From Octopus sinensis (Eukaryota), in the NCBI RefSeq assembly GCF_006345805.1, contig NC_043000.1, positions 43,586,001 through 43,650,000 of the forward strand: DNA of 64,000 nt, given 5' to 3'. Below the pieces are notes generated by a model. It was not told where the DNA came from. It saw nothing but the letters and a program-made list of their open reading frames with translations, and ran no database searches. Position 1 is the first letter of the stretch. Each line of letters opens with the position of its first letter. Position numbers and translations under genes: made by a program. Of the stretch, positions 51,301 to 64,000 are shown piece after piece.

Positions 51301-54300
51301 GCATGCGTGTGCATCTATACACACTCGAAATTTTAATATCTTCTGAAATATGTGACTCCATTATTATTGAAACTAGTCTACAGAGCCGAACGTGTTTATT
51401 TAGTGATCCTAAAGATGAAAGTATATGGCCACAGTAACAAACCAACTTCGAACAATAATTAAAATAAAGTTCGTTCTTATGGTTGCGTATACGTTAGTAA
51501 AATGAATATTCTAAATGTGTGTATGTAAAATGGTTTCTATAATATTATTCTTTATATTGATTATATCATTCCTCTTAAAAACGTGGTCAGTCTACTGAGA
51601 AATCATTGACATTAAGACCCATTGTAGCGTTGTTTATTTTTACTGATTTTCATTTCTGCATTCCACACACTCTCTCTCTCTCCCTCTTTATATTCTTAGC
51701 CGTTCTCTATTTTTACATTCTTATTCAAATTAAACTAACTGATATTTAAAAAGATAGAATATTAAAAGTTTTGTCAGACAATTTTATCACTATGCGTTAT
51801 CACTGATAACAAGTAATATCGTACTATTATAAATTTTATAATAAATATGATTGTGTGTGTGTGTCTTCCCTGTTTCTGTCTATGTATGTCTTTGTGTACA
51901 CACAATTATTCACGCACAAAAGTATATATATATATATATATTATATATATATATATATATATACATACATACATACATATATACATATAGGTGGGAGGGG
52001 AGAGAGAATAATTCGCGCACATTCTTATATACATATTAATATATCATACATGTATCTCTATAATTATTTCCAGGGCTATTCCAAGTTTCCAAGTTTCAAA
52101 TATTTTCGTTGTTCTTTCGAGTATATTATTTGTATTCATACACGTATATAACTGTCTTTATTGAGTAATAAATCATGTATATACATCTATTTTGTGCTCA
52201 TATTACACGTGCAAAATACACAACCGTTCTCTGAATCTCACACACACACAGTCACACGCACGCACAAAACTTATTTACACAGATCTATGTATAGATACAT
52301 GTGTATGTATATATACATACTACATTTTACTAAACAGGCAATGTTTTATGACAGTTTTATCACTTTCTTTATTGCATTGTTTATCACACTTTTACTGGAA
52401 ATTCAGAATGAATAATTTCCTAAGCTTCTTTATTAATGTATTTTACGCTATTCTTTTTTATTATTTTATTGACAGTATTTTTATATATTTGTAATTTTTT
52501 TCATTCAGTGCTTTTTCTTTTTAATTTGGTCTTACAGAAATAATTTAATCTTCTCTTCCATAGTGTAGAGTGAAGTTATCTCTGTGGCTAGAAATATTAG
52601 GTCATTTCATGTTTAAAATAATTTACATTTATTGTCATGTACCGTAGCTTCCAAATATCATAATAAACATTATAGTAAACTCAGTAACAATATTATTTAT
52701 AATATTTCATATTACTGGTAATAATAATAACAATTAGTACTTATAACATAATTATTATTAAGATGGAAAAGAGAGGAATAAATAAGATGAGGAATAAATA
52801 TAACAATTCCAATATTTTCTTTTTAAAAATCTATATTTTGTTTCAAATTTCTATAATGGTCACTTGATGACAAAATAAATTCATAGTTTGAGAATTATTT
52901 TTGTATGAATTTATTTTAATGATACAATAAACACCGGTACATCATTATTTTACCAGCAGTACATATCTTTATATCAATGTTCTAAAATTTGATCAGAAAA
53001 TTACTGATTGGTGATAATTTTTCGAAAAGGACAGGCAAGCTGGAAGTGAAAATAAGGAAAAGTTTACTGATTGTTACTGTTGATAGTAATTTGATGAAAT
53101 GCAATACGGTAGCATAGGAATGTTTATAGAACATACACAAAATGAATACTACTCCTTTGAATACTATTAATAAAAATATAAGGGAATTCTTCTTGTGGAA
53201 TACTTTTATTTAAAAAGATATGTTCAATATGAATAAGCTATAAATTTATATTATATACCAGACACAGCGATCGTTATTTTTGCATAAATTAAAATGAACT
53301 TTCGATATCACTCAGATATATAATTCATAATTTTTAGGAGATAGTGCGCTAGCGTGTGAACAAATACACGCAAAAAGCATGACACAGGAGTTGTTATTGA
53401 ACCTTTATTAGTAACAAAATTTGTAATTCAAATGACAAACACGTTGATAATTAATTCATATATATTATATAAGCTGCTTAATTGATGAATGTATCTTTTC
53501 GGTGCATAAACCTTATTTCTTTGAAATGCATATGATATATTGAAGTGGTTTAAACTTCTCCGATCTCATTTGTTTCGGAAACTAATAGATTTCACCATAG
53601 TAATATTCTAGCAATATAGCAGACGTCGTTGCACAAGTCACGGTTTCATCTATAAGCAGTTGTTAGCATACTGTTGGATATTTTGTTTACTAATTTACAC
53701 AATAAAGCCATTTATATGGCCGTTAAGCAGGTATAACATGATTTCAGGCGCAGGTATTAAAGTAAGAAAATTGAGTATATTGAATACTAAGCGCACCTGT
53801 CTAAAGTTTTCTAAAGTAATTGATATGCATCGGATTGTATCGACATCAGCAAAAACAATTATGGAAATTTAAAATGTCTTTTTCCTGATTACGGCAACAA
53901 ATAATTCACTAAACAGCGGTCATTTAAACATCTTCAAATAGAACAACAGCAGACTGGTTTCTTTAAAACTAGAAAACAAAAACGTTCGTTATTATAGAGT
54001 ATTAACTATTTGCCATTCACTCTCTTTCGCTTACAAACAACTGTTTAAAACATTCTCTAGATAACGTTTCATCAGATACAATAGAGCCGTAATTTAGTTT
54101 GATTTCCATTCACGTGGAGGCATTAAACTAAAAACACCTACACAAATTCAAAAGGCAAAAATTGCTATGCATTGCGCAAAATTATGAATTCATGCAGTCA
54201 TATTTCACTAGGTAATAGATACGTGTGTGCGATGAGAATAAATATTTTGAAGACTTCTGCGTAAACTCGCACAAGCACCAAATTTTCTGTAGAATACATA

Positions 54301-54499
54301 ACATTGACTTTGTTTATTTCTTGGAGAATATATACAATGTAACACAGATTTAGAGAACCTATAGCTACCCATCAAAAGTTATTGATTGTAATAAAATGTT
54401 ATATATAACATGGATATTTGTCGTCCATCAGAGAAATACAATCAACAAAAAATAAGTGTATCTTATGTGGTTGCTCGATAAAACTTTAGTAGCTGTTAC

Positions 54500-54645
54500 A
54501 ACACTTATTTCAAATTTTGGCATATGACCACCAATTTCACGAAATGAGATAAATAAAGTCGATTACATCAACCTCAGCAATGAACTGAAATTTGAATTCA
54601 GAACGCAAGACAAACGAAATATCACTAAGCGTTTTGACCTCATTA
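54500..54645 (-). mobile_element. SINE family B, deleted and diverged copy
   Basis: AAGTCGATTACATCAACCTCAG...AATTTGAATTCAGAACG...CACTAAGCGTTTTG. Confidence 0.55.
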
Positions 54646-54676
54646 TAACAAGAAAATATTTATTTCGTTATTGACA

Positions 54677-55028
54677 ACGGGGAGGGGGGGCAGAGGGGAC
54701 AAAAAGAGGACAGACAAAGGGATTAAGTCGCTTACATCGACACCAGTGTGTAATTGATACTTGTTTAATCGACCTCGGAAGGATGAAAGGCAAAGTCGAC
54801 CTCGGCGGAATTTGAACTCAGAACTTAGCGGTAGACGAAATACCTATTTCTTTACTACCCACAAGGGGCTAAACAGAGAGAGGACAAACACGACTTAATT
54901 TGTCGACCCCGAAAGGATGCAAGGCAAAGTCGACCTCGGCGGAATTTGAAGTCAGTACGGAGCGGCAGACGAAATACTGCTAAGCATTTCGCCCGGCGTG
55001 CTAACGTTTCTGCTAGCTCACCGCCCTA
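54677..55028 (-). mobile_element. SINE family B with internal partial duplication (dimeric)
   Basis: GCAAAGTCGACCTCGGCGGAATTTGAA occurs twice (~54790 and ~54925); minus-strand head GGCGGTGAGCTAGCAGAAACGTTAGCACGCCGGGCGAAATGCTTAGC. Confidence 0.9.
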
Positions 55029-55074
55029 GCACAAGAAAATTTTTTGAAAGCAGTTATTCCTTTTTAATACCATT

Positions 55075-55375
55075 AAGGCGGCGATTTCTGAGTTCAAATT
55101 CTGCGGAGGTCGGTTTTTCCAGTCATCCCTTTGGCATCGACAAAATAAGCACCAGGCGAACAGTGCCGGTCCATACTATTGTCTTGACCACTATCCGTAC
55201 TTGCCAAACATTTGAAACCGCTACTACTAAATATATATTAGTTGATAAGCTGATCGAATCGGTAGCAAACGTAGCAAAAGTGTTAGCAGTATTTCGTCCG
55301 CCTTTCACCTCTGGGTTCAAATTCCGTTGATATCGAGTTTGCCTTTCAGTCTTTACTGGTCGATAAAATTAGTTG
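55075..55375 (+). mobile_element. Two diverged SINE family B fragments (55075-55155, 55245-55375)
   Basis: CTGAGTTCAAATTCTGCGGAGGTCG and GGGTTCAAATTCCGTTGATATCGAGTTTGCCTTTCA are plus-strand counterparts of the 54677-55028 copy. Confidence 0.65.
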
Positions 55376-56419
55376 GACAAAACTGTAATAGCTAATATTC
55401 AGCAACAAATATCATCATCTTTATGATCATTAACATCATCGTCATCGTCGTCGTCGTCAGCCAGCAGCAGCAGCAAGAACAATTATATTGGTAGTAACAA
55501 TAATCAAAACATCTGGTTACTCGTCGTGAGAATGATTTGATTGTAAATTTAATCGATCTGCGAGATGTGAAACTACAACAAAAAAAAAATGACGAAAAGA
55601 ATTGACAACGCAAAAACTGATATACTTTCATCCGAATTGAATTTGTACAAAGGTCGGCTTGCATTGTTGATTGTTATTCACGAAAGTAAACTTTAAGCTC
55701 TTCATTCTGTCCCTATAAAGCACTATAATACAGTACTTAATTCATATGCTGTGGTCGGTTTTCAATATAATAATGTTAAGGATTTTACTTATTTCTATAG
55801 TATAACAAAGAGCAATAAATACAAATATACTTTTTTAAAAAAATAGGCACATCTTAGAATAATAAAGGAAGATTTGTGTTATAAGATTTTTTTTTTTCAC
55901 GTGAATCATATTTCTTGTTTGTGTTTGAACTCATTTCATATTTGTACATGTCTGAAAGACCTTAACTAATAGGGACGTTACGTGGAGAATTTTTAAAATA
56001 TAATAAAATATGAAGGTGAAATATGATTGAAAGAAGTGAAGAGAAATACTGCGACAAAATTATTCAGAATACATTCAGTACAAAATATAAATAATTATTA
56101 TTTCTTATATGAAATAAATAACTCATATACGCATAGCATATACGTGCATATTTAAAATATTTCTATATGTATTAGAATAGTTTTCTATTGTCTCATAATA
56201 CGCAAACATATATGTCTAGTCGCTGAACAATATCTAAAAGTTTGATAGAATTCATAAAAGTATGATTGAACAACAGAAGAAAAAAAGCCAAATCATTTTC
56301 AAAAATTTACTTTTCATTATATAAATTTGACTGATAGCAGTAAATTCGTTCAAATACTGGTGCATTGTCCAATTGACTTAGCATTTCCTCCTTGTAGTGT
56401 ATAGAATTATATATGTGAA

Positions 56420-56655
56420 GATGCATTACTGAGTGGTTAATATATGCGGTTCATGATCGTATGGCTATGAATTAAATTCCCGGTGGTGCATTGTGTCCCT
56501 GAGCAAATATCTTTATTTCACACTGCTGCAGTCCACTCGACTACCAACTACGAGCAATAACTGTATTTCAAAGTGCCAGTCTTGTCACATTATATACCAC
56601 GCTGAATCTACCTTGGCCGCAGTTAAATGACTGAAACAAATAAGAGTAAAAGGGT
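56420..56655 (+). mobile_element. Chimeric SINE: family-C-related body plus family-A 3' tail
   Basis: CTGTATTTCAAAGTGCCAGTCTTGTCACATT...CACGCTGAAT matches 16580-16625, then GGCCGCAGTTAAATGACTGAAACAAATAAGAGTAAAAG matches the family-A tail. Confidence 0.55.
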
Positions 56656-59076
56656 AACTATGTCTACGAGTATATTTGCTAGCCTTTGAAATTTTCAGCT
56701 GAACCTCGTAAATTACCTGAGGAATCCTGGAAAAAAACCCAGTCTGTACCGAAAGTCAAACGAATGCAATGTGTTAGGAAACGGTTAAAACTGTTACTGT
56801 TCCTTACTAATAGAAGCGCTGTTTAATAACGTAGAAAAGTTACTATAGAAACATACTTTCTGAGGGAAATCTATGTTCGTCCCTAAGATATGAAGACTAC
56901 ACAGATACTATAATCTACATACTCCTTACACCCATTCTGTCGAGTTAACCAAATTTACAGAACTACAGAAAAGGAGATTCGAAGTTGGTCCGATATTCAT
57001 GAAAATATATGTACGAATACATTTGAGAGTGGTTGCAAGAAATTTAGGTAAGTTCATGGAATAAAATGGAAACGGCAATGATTTCGACAGAGTTATCTAG
57101 AATTGCGTCCGAGAAGCGCTTTCCATGATTGCCGTCGCATCTGTTATATGCAAATTCATTATTAAATGTTTATGCGCAGAAAATGAAATTTAAAAAAAGT
57201 TATTTTATGCAAATTGTTAATGGAATTCTACAAAATCAAATGTTTCTTCAGCACCAATTGCAGCATGTGAAACAACATAACATTCGGATACGAATTTTAT
57301 GGTAAGATGAGCAACTATCTATTATATATGAAGCATCGTAACAAGCTTCAAGTTACAAGGGTTAAAGAGCGACAATTTTCAACATAGAAAGGACTCATAT
57401 TCAATAATGAGACAGATATATTCGCATTATAAATCGCAGAAAGACACGATCATGTTGGTCTTTGGAAACTACTTCAGAATACGAATTACACGAGGGGGAA
57501 ATTATATTAGATAAGCGAAGCAAATCGACTTAACACTTCCGAAAAGGAATTAATAAAAAAAGAAGATATACCAATAAAAAAATGAAATTATATGACTATA
57601 AATAGGTAAAACAATACAGAATATGAAAAATAGAACGTTAAATCAGGAAGAAGAAATCTACAATCCATAAAGTAAATACCCCGTATATAACTCAAGCTTA
57701 CTTTAAAACTAGTGAAATGTTTCTTCACTAGTTTCTTGCAACAAATAAAATTAATTTTGATACTCATGGAAATCATGAACATTACTATTTTTATAAATAA
57801 TAATCATACTAAAACTAATTTATTTCAATTATCAGCATATTTTATCGATTAGAAAATTGTTTCCATGGAAATTAATAATTCTCATCATATGCATTTGTGT
57901 TATTAATGGAAGAAGTAACTTCCGACAAATTTTGCTAGTCATGCGTGATGTTTAATTTGATTCAAAACTAATTATTATATTTTTCATAAAATTTTGATTT
58001 TTTTTTGGAAATATTTCTATATTTAAAACAATGCATACGAATTTCACAAGAAATATAATGTTAAACATTGTCACATTTTATAATATTTTATAACCATTAA
58101 ATACTTAGAGTGATGATGAGATTCAGGCACTTGACAATGCCAAGTAGCTTAGTTGAAGTGCTTTGCACATATTTATATGTTAGAATACTTTCATTGTATT
58201 AATGATTTGTTATACGTGTTAACTTTTTTATTTTGTATATTTCTAATATGAATGTATACGTCTTTTATGTTCAAATTAGCAATGTTGCCAACAGATAGAT
58301 ATTTGCTTTAGAAAAACTTAGTTACTACCTTGGATCATTTAGTTCTCGAAATCAATGAACACGTTTTTCATAAATTTTATGAAACGTTTCAGAGACTTGT
58401 ATTCTTCAGCGTATCATCAGATTATTTAAAAGCATTAACTCACAAGATTATGAGCGAGATAACGCCAATATATAACCAGTGCTTATATTTGACACGGATG
58501 GACGAAATGTAAATGTGTTCATAACAGTATATTAGGAGGAACAAATAATGGATATCCTAAAATATTTTCATCAGGTATTTTACTATTTATTCCAAGCACA
58601 ATCGTTAAATACATTAATATGCATCAAAGTATTACGCCGTAATATTTATGAGATATTGGAAGACATAATTATTGAAACCCTTTTAAACCAGACGAGAAAA
58701 AAATTCTCCTACTGAGATAGTGACGTGCGAGATTTTTCAACATGAAAGTGAACAGTGCTATTATTTATTACTAATTTGACTTTATGTCCATTATTGTGCA
58801 AAATATATTAGAGCTAACTTAAACATACATGGCTCTGTTTTGTATTAACGTTAATATAAGATTTGAATTGCGCCAACTATATATTCTGTGCCCGAATGTA
58901 AAACTTATTCGGTTGTTACATTGAATTAAATACCAGAATATTTAGAATATTTATACAGAATGTATCTGTTAAGCTTGAATATATCATGTACATGTTATCA
59001 TTCTGTACGCTCTATTCTTCTTGCCTCAAAAGGTTGAGAAGACTAATCTATCATAAGATGTATTAATCACTTAATA

Positions 59077-60268
59077 TTAGGTTAAGAAAGTTCTTGCGTT
59101 TTTAACCTTTAAATTCAGATGCACACATCTCGGCTCAAACAAAACTTTATTAATCGAAATAAGCACCATCACAATCAACACACTTTTGCCAACGTGAAAC
59201 AAGTTTATTTATGCCAGTAGTGTAAAAATCCTGAGTTCTGGTGGTGATGGAGCCGTTGAAGGGGTATTTGGCATCGTCTTGGTTTTTGGAGCATTTCTGA
59301 CGAAAGTTGTTGAGGTGCTTGAAAAAGTGTTTGTCGGTAGGCGAGAGGTCTGGTAAGTATGGTGGGTGAGGCAGAGATTCGTAGCCCAATTCGTTCCCCT
59401 TCTGCAGGGTCAGTTGTGCGACGTGTGACTGAGCGTTGTCGTGGAGAAAAATTGGCCTTTTTCTATTGACCAATGCTGGCTGTTGCTGCCGAAGTTTCTT
59501 ATGCATCTCATCCATTTGCTGACAGTACTTCTCCGCCGTAATGATTTCGCCTGGATCAAAAAAGCTGTGATAGACGAGACTGGCCGCTGACAACAAGCAT
59601 TTACTTTGACCTTCTTTTGGTGCAACTTTGGCTTCGGTAAGTGACGTGGTGCTTTGTCGGCGTCCAACCACTGAGCTGAGCGTTGTCGGTTGTCGTAAAT
59701 AATCCACTATTCATCGCAAGTCACAGTCGGGTCGAGAAATGGGTCGATCTTGTTGCGTAAAAGAAGGGAATACGACACTTCAAACCGGGTTTTTTTCTTG
59801 TTGTCGTTCAATTCGTGCGGAACCAATTTCTCAAGTATTTTCGTTTTTCAAATCTCAAGTGGTTGGAAAGTGTTGTATACGTTCCGTCTAATTCAGAAGC
59901 AAGCTCTCGAACAGTTGTGCGTGGATTAACTTTCACTAAGGCTCTTAGTTGATCGTTGTAAACATCCGATCGCTGACCACTACGCTTATCATCTTCAAGA
60001 CTCTCGTCACCGCTACGAAATTTCTTAAATCATCATTGTGCTGTACGTTCCTAGGCCAAGCGAATTTGCTTTTTGCCCATGTTGTATTCAATGTTCCGGA
60101 AAAAAACCTAATTCTTCAAAAAGAAAAAAGAGTAACACGATTAGATAGAGCGAAAAACGGGCTTTAAAATGATATATAAGTTCAACTAAATTTAACGAAA
60201 ATTAATTGGTAAATACATCATTTAAAGCCAAAATTTAAAATTCCGCAAGGACATTCTTGACAACCTAA
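59077..60268 (-). mobile_element. Near full-length mariner DD34D transposon (inactive transposase)
   Basis: TIRs TTAGGTT(GTC)AAGAA.GT.CTTGCG with TA at 59075-76 and 60269-70. Motifs VTCDE*W, PKPKLHQKKV, HDNA, HPPY.PDLSPTD and RWQKCV...G.YFD are present, with an internal stop, a frameshift and an N-terminal deletion. Confidence 0.95.
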
Positions 60269-62225
60269 TACTTGTAACGTCACCAGATCAAAATGTACCT
60301 ATTTTTTTTTAGTGCTTTTCACAATAACATTGACTAAATATGATATGAAATCAACGAAATACATGTCATTACATTTTCGAAAATTAAAATAAACTCAAAT
60401 GCTAAACCTATTTAGAAATAATGTATGGGTATTAAAGAATTCAAGATCACTTATGGGAACAGTTAGGAAGAGTGAAGAGAACCTTCTAAAGATTAAAATA
60501 GTTTCAACACTCACAACGTTATATCAACTACCTTATTTACACAATAATTTGTGATTCTGAAAATTATGAAATCATCACATTAATTTCGATAACTTGAATG
60601 GTAAGTTCAAATTAATTCACCTCCGGATTTCCATGTGAAATGGAAATATCATGTAATAAATATCAGGTAATATCTACAATAAGATATAAAGAATGGTAGC
60701 TCGTATTAGTATACTGCATGTGAACTCATGATCGGAAAGTGGTTATATTAATGAAATGGGAATGATGAAGTATTTATCAGAAAAGTGGTTTATCAGATAT
60801 AGGGAATATATCTCTTCAAAAACTCATAGCATAAGTTTTTATGAGTGATGAATTACATTAAATCAATCTAAAATATTTAAAGTTGAGTTTTCTATATCGA
60901 CAATACGTTTTGTTTTGAGTTCTCATTGTCTTGAGTATTTACAAGAAACGAATAAGGACAGGCATTCAACGATAACTGAAGATTAATGAACTTACAGATA
61001 GTTTACTATGATATTCTAAAACGATAGAAATATAATGATTATAATTTAGAAAAATAAAATACCAGACACTGAACAAAAGTTATACAAAAATTGCATTTAA
61101 TATAGATTTGATGATTCAGTATCGATGTTAAACAAAGAGAAATTAATCTCATTTAAAAAGACATATACTAACTCTATAGTGTCTCCAACCTTTTCTTTCT
61201 AAACGAAAAGAAATGAAGATTGACAGAGTCTAATTAGAACAACATGAAAAATAATAATTATAACAATATCAACAATAATGATGAACATAATAATACTACA
61301 TATATTATAAAGTACATCTTAGTGGAGAACAAAACAAAAAAAAACTTCTTTTTCTTAGACAAGAAGCCATACAGAATCATAAAGCGACATACGTCTGCAT
61401 TTAAAACATAAACGAACAATTAATTTTCTATTTTTATTCGCAGTAAGATTTTTCTTATAATTGAAACAATAAAAACTAAAGCCATGAAAGTAATTTGAAT
61501 TTAGTCAGTTTTTATTTTCTAATTTGCAAATTTTTACAACTATTCTTTATTTCGGTATCCATAAAAACTCGAGTTACGAAAAGAGAGAAGGTCACTCCTT
61601 TCAGAAAATATTTTACAACACAAGCTTACTTTTACGTGAATACACTGACATATGCATAGGTCCATGCTCACACAGTGAGAAAAAGCACTAATTAGGTATG
61701 TACTTACACACAAATGAATACACTTACACACACGCGCACACACACATATATGTATGTATATATATAATAAATGTATATGTATACCTATATTTATCTATCT
61801 ATCTATCTACCTACCAATCTATCTATCTATCTATATGTATGTATGTATGTATTATGTGTAAGTTTATGTGTGCCTGTGTGCCCGCGTGTGTGTAATTGCA
61901 AATGTGAAGATCTTTTCAGATTGTATAACGTCTTCCCTTGGAACGTTAGAGGAATTCAAAGAAAACTTTTTCCAACTGAAAAAAGAAAGAATTTCTGAAA
62001 GTAAATACTTCTCTAATGATAGCATATTCAATTCTAAAATCGACTTTAATTTCTTTCAATATAGGAAGTATTTTCAAAGAGAAAAATGGAAGGAAGAAAG
62101 GAAGTTTGTGATATGCGAATCATTAAAATATCAATTATGAAAAGGTATATATATATATATACACCCATCCATCCATCCATCCCTGCATATATATACGTAT
62201 ATTTCAATGTATGCATATATATATA

Positions 62226-62281
<56 letters not shown>

Positions 62282-64000
62282 TTAAACATATGTATATGTA
62301 TGCATGGATGAATGGATAGATGTATCTATCAATCTATCTATATATCTATCTTTCATGCTGTATGTCTGCCTATCTAGGAATATGCGTGTTTGTATTTCCC
62401 TAATCATGTAGTAGGTAGGAACATATATACAGCTATGCATATGTGTATATACAATAAGTTTGTATATGGTGATGAATGTATATCCCACACGTTGGTGTAT
62501 GCATATATTGCAATGCAAAAATAATCAATGTTATGTTGATATCACAATTTGCTTTGTTCATTAAATTTCAAAAACCTTCCCGATTTATTTTCTTTTGTAT
62601 ATATGAGAGTGTTGACAATATTGTAAATATTAGAGCTTTACATAATACCACCAATACTTCGGATGTAATGATGTAATAATTAGACAATAAATAGCCAATC
62701 ATAAAGGTGGAAAAAGCGCTAAGCGCAGATGAACATGGCGATTCATAGCGATACAAGTAACTTATAAGTGGATTCTAACAGATGAATTATGCAAATTTGA
62801 AATACTCTGTCGACCAAAAAAATTAAGAAACATTCATATCAACGTAATTAAATGTATGAGGAAATTTTGCATCCTATATCAAGTCTAATTTTACAAATTG
62901 TCCAGGAATAAATGTTTTATGAACATGCATATGTATGTACATATTTCTATGTACGAAAATACATGTGGATGGATATAAACGTGCTTATATATTTATGCAT
63001 ACATAGTTATATGTATGTATGTTTGTATGTATATGATGTATACACACCCAGAGATCGCACACACTCTCACACACAGACACACATATCATATACCAAGTAC
63101 ATCATTAAGAAAATGTTCATCACGATAATGCATGGGCTCAGAAATAAAAATAAATACACAAACAGTTAGTCAATTACAAAGGAATCAATGAAGTAGTCTT
63201 TGAAGAATGCACAGAAAAGAGGGATATATTAGAAAGGATATATTATAAACACTTGAGATTAATACCTAATGATTATAAATATAAACTTAAAGGAATAAGC
63301 CATAACAGTCTAATTGTCCTAGGAATAATTAATAGATATATTACTAAAAATATAGAACTAAGTCCTCTACATGGATGCGAATGTTCATAATGGCAGGCTA
63401 GATAAATTGTTAAAAACCAACTTTGGTGTAAATCATTGGAATATTTATTGAGGGAGAATAAAAAGTCATAATTTGTGATGGACAGTTTTCGACTCATCAA
63501 TCTTAGAGGTGTTTTGATAACCAGTTAGAAACAATAATAAGTCAGTCTATGAAACATACAATAAATATTTAATGAGTAAGCATATTACACTAAACTAACT
63601 TAAATACACAATCAGATTTATATTTTCTGGTACGACAAACAATGATGGATGTGTGTGTGTGCATGTGTTTGAGTGTGCGCGTGTTGTTTATGGTTATGCT
63701 TGAATATGTTATATGTGATCGTGCATTGGCAAAAAGAAACAAAAATGCAAAATGTATGCAAATATTCTTAGGGAATTGACATAAAAAAATAACGTCAAGG
63801 CAATATTGAATATGCAAACTTAGTTAGCAATGCAAATATGATAGACAGACATCCAAGAAATAGAGAATATATCCACCAATAATCTAGGAATGCAAGTGAG
63901 AATTTGTAATTATCCTTTCAGCTTGATGGTAATTATTTGAGGGAGAAACACAGATAGAACCCCTATAATATTTAGGAGTAGTGAAAGATTACTAATATCA

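Noticed and set aside
56722-56760. CTGAGGA...GAAAGTC hammerhead-like spacing
   Set aside because: Extra unpaired bases before GAAA and no stem I or stem III complementarity.

Overview
AT-rich, microsatellite-dense eukaryotic DNA with no convincing host protein-coding gene. The SINE families and repeat landscape look like an octopus (cephalopod) genome; that assignment comes from recognition, not a database search. Nearly all ORF-track entries are artefacts of (TA)n, (CA)n, (TAA)n and similar repeats. Recognisable content: many tRNA-derived SINEs, Tc1/mariner relics (two with both TIRs and TA duplications), RTE and R4/Dong LINE 3' ends, Helitron termini, several Penelope-like element (PLE) fragments and a near-perfect 1.63 kb tandem duplication. 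The best hit is at 21488-22642: an ORF-less, ~350-nt, hairpin-rich unit in tandem and inverted copies between (TA)n tracts. It carries one fully intact minimal type I hammerhead ribozyme (22384-22428) with a palindromic loop 3, and its inversion breakpoint lies at the ribozyme cleavage site. This is the architecture of a non-LTR retrozyme (candidate circular RNA retroelement). Several further hammerhead relics, each with a different loop-3 palindrome, lie in PLE fragments.
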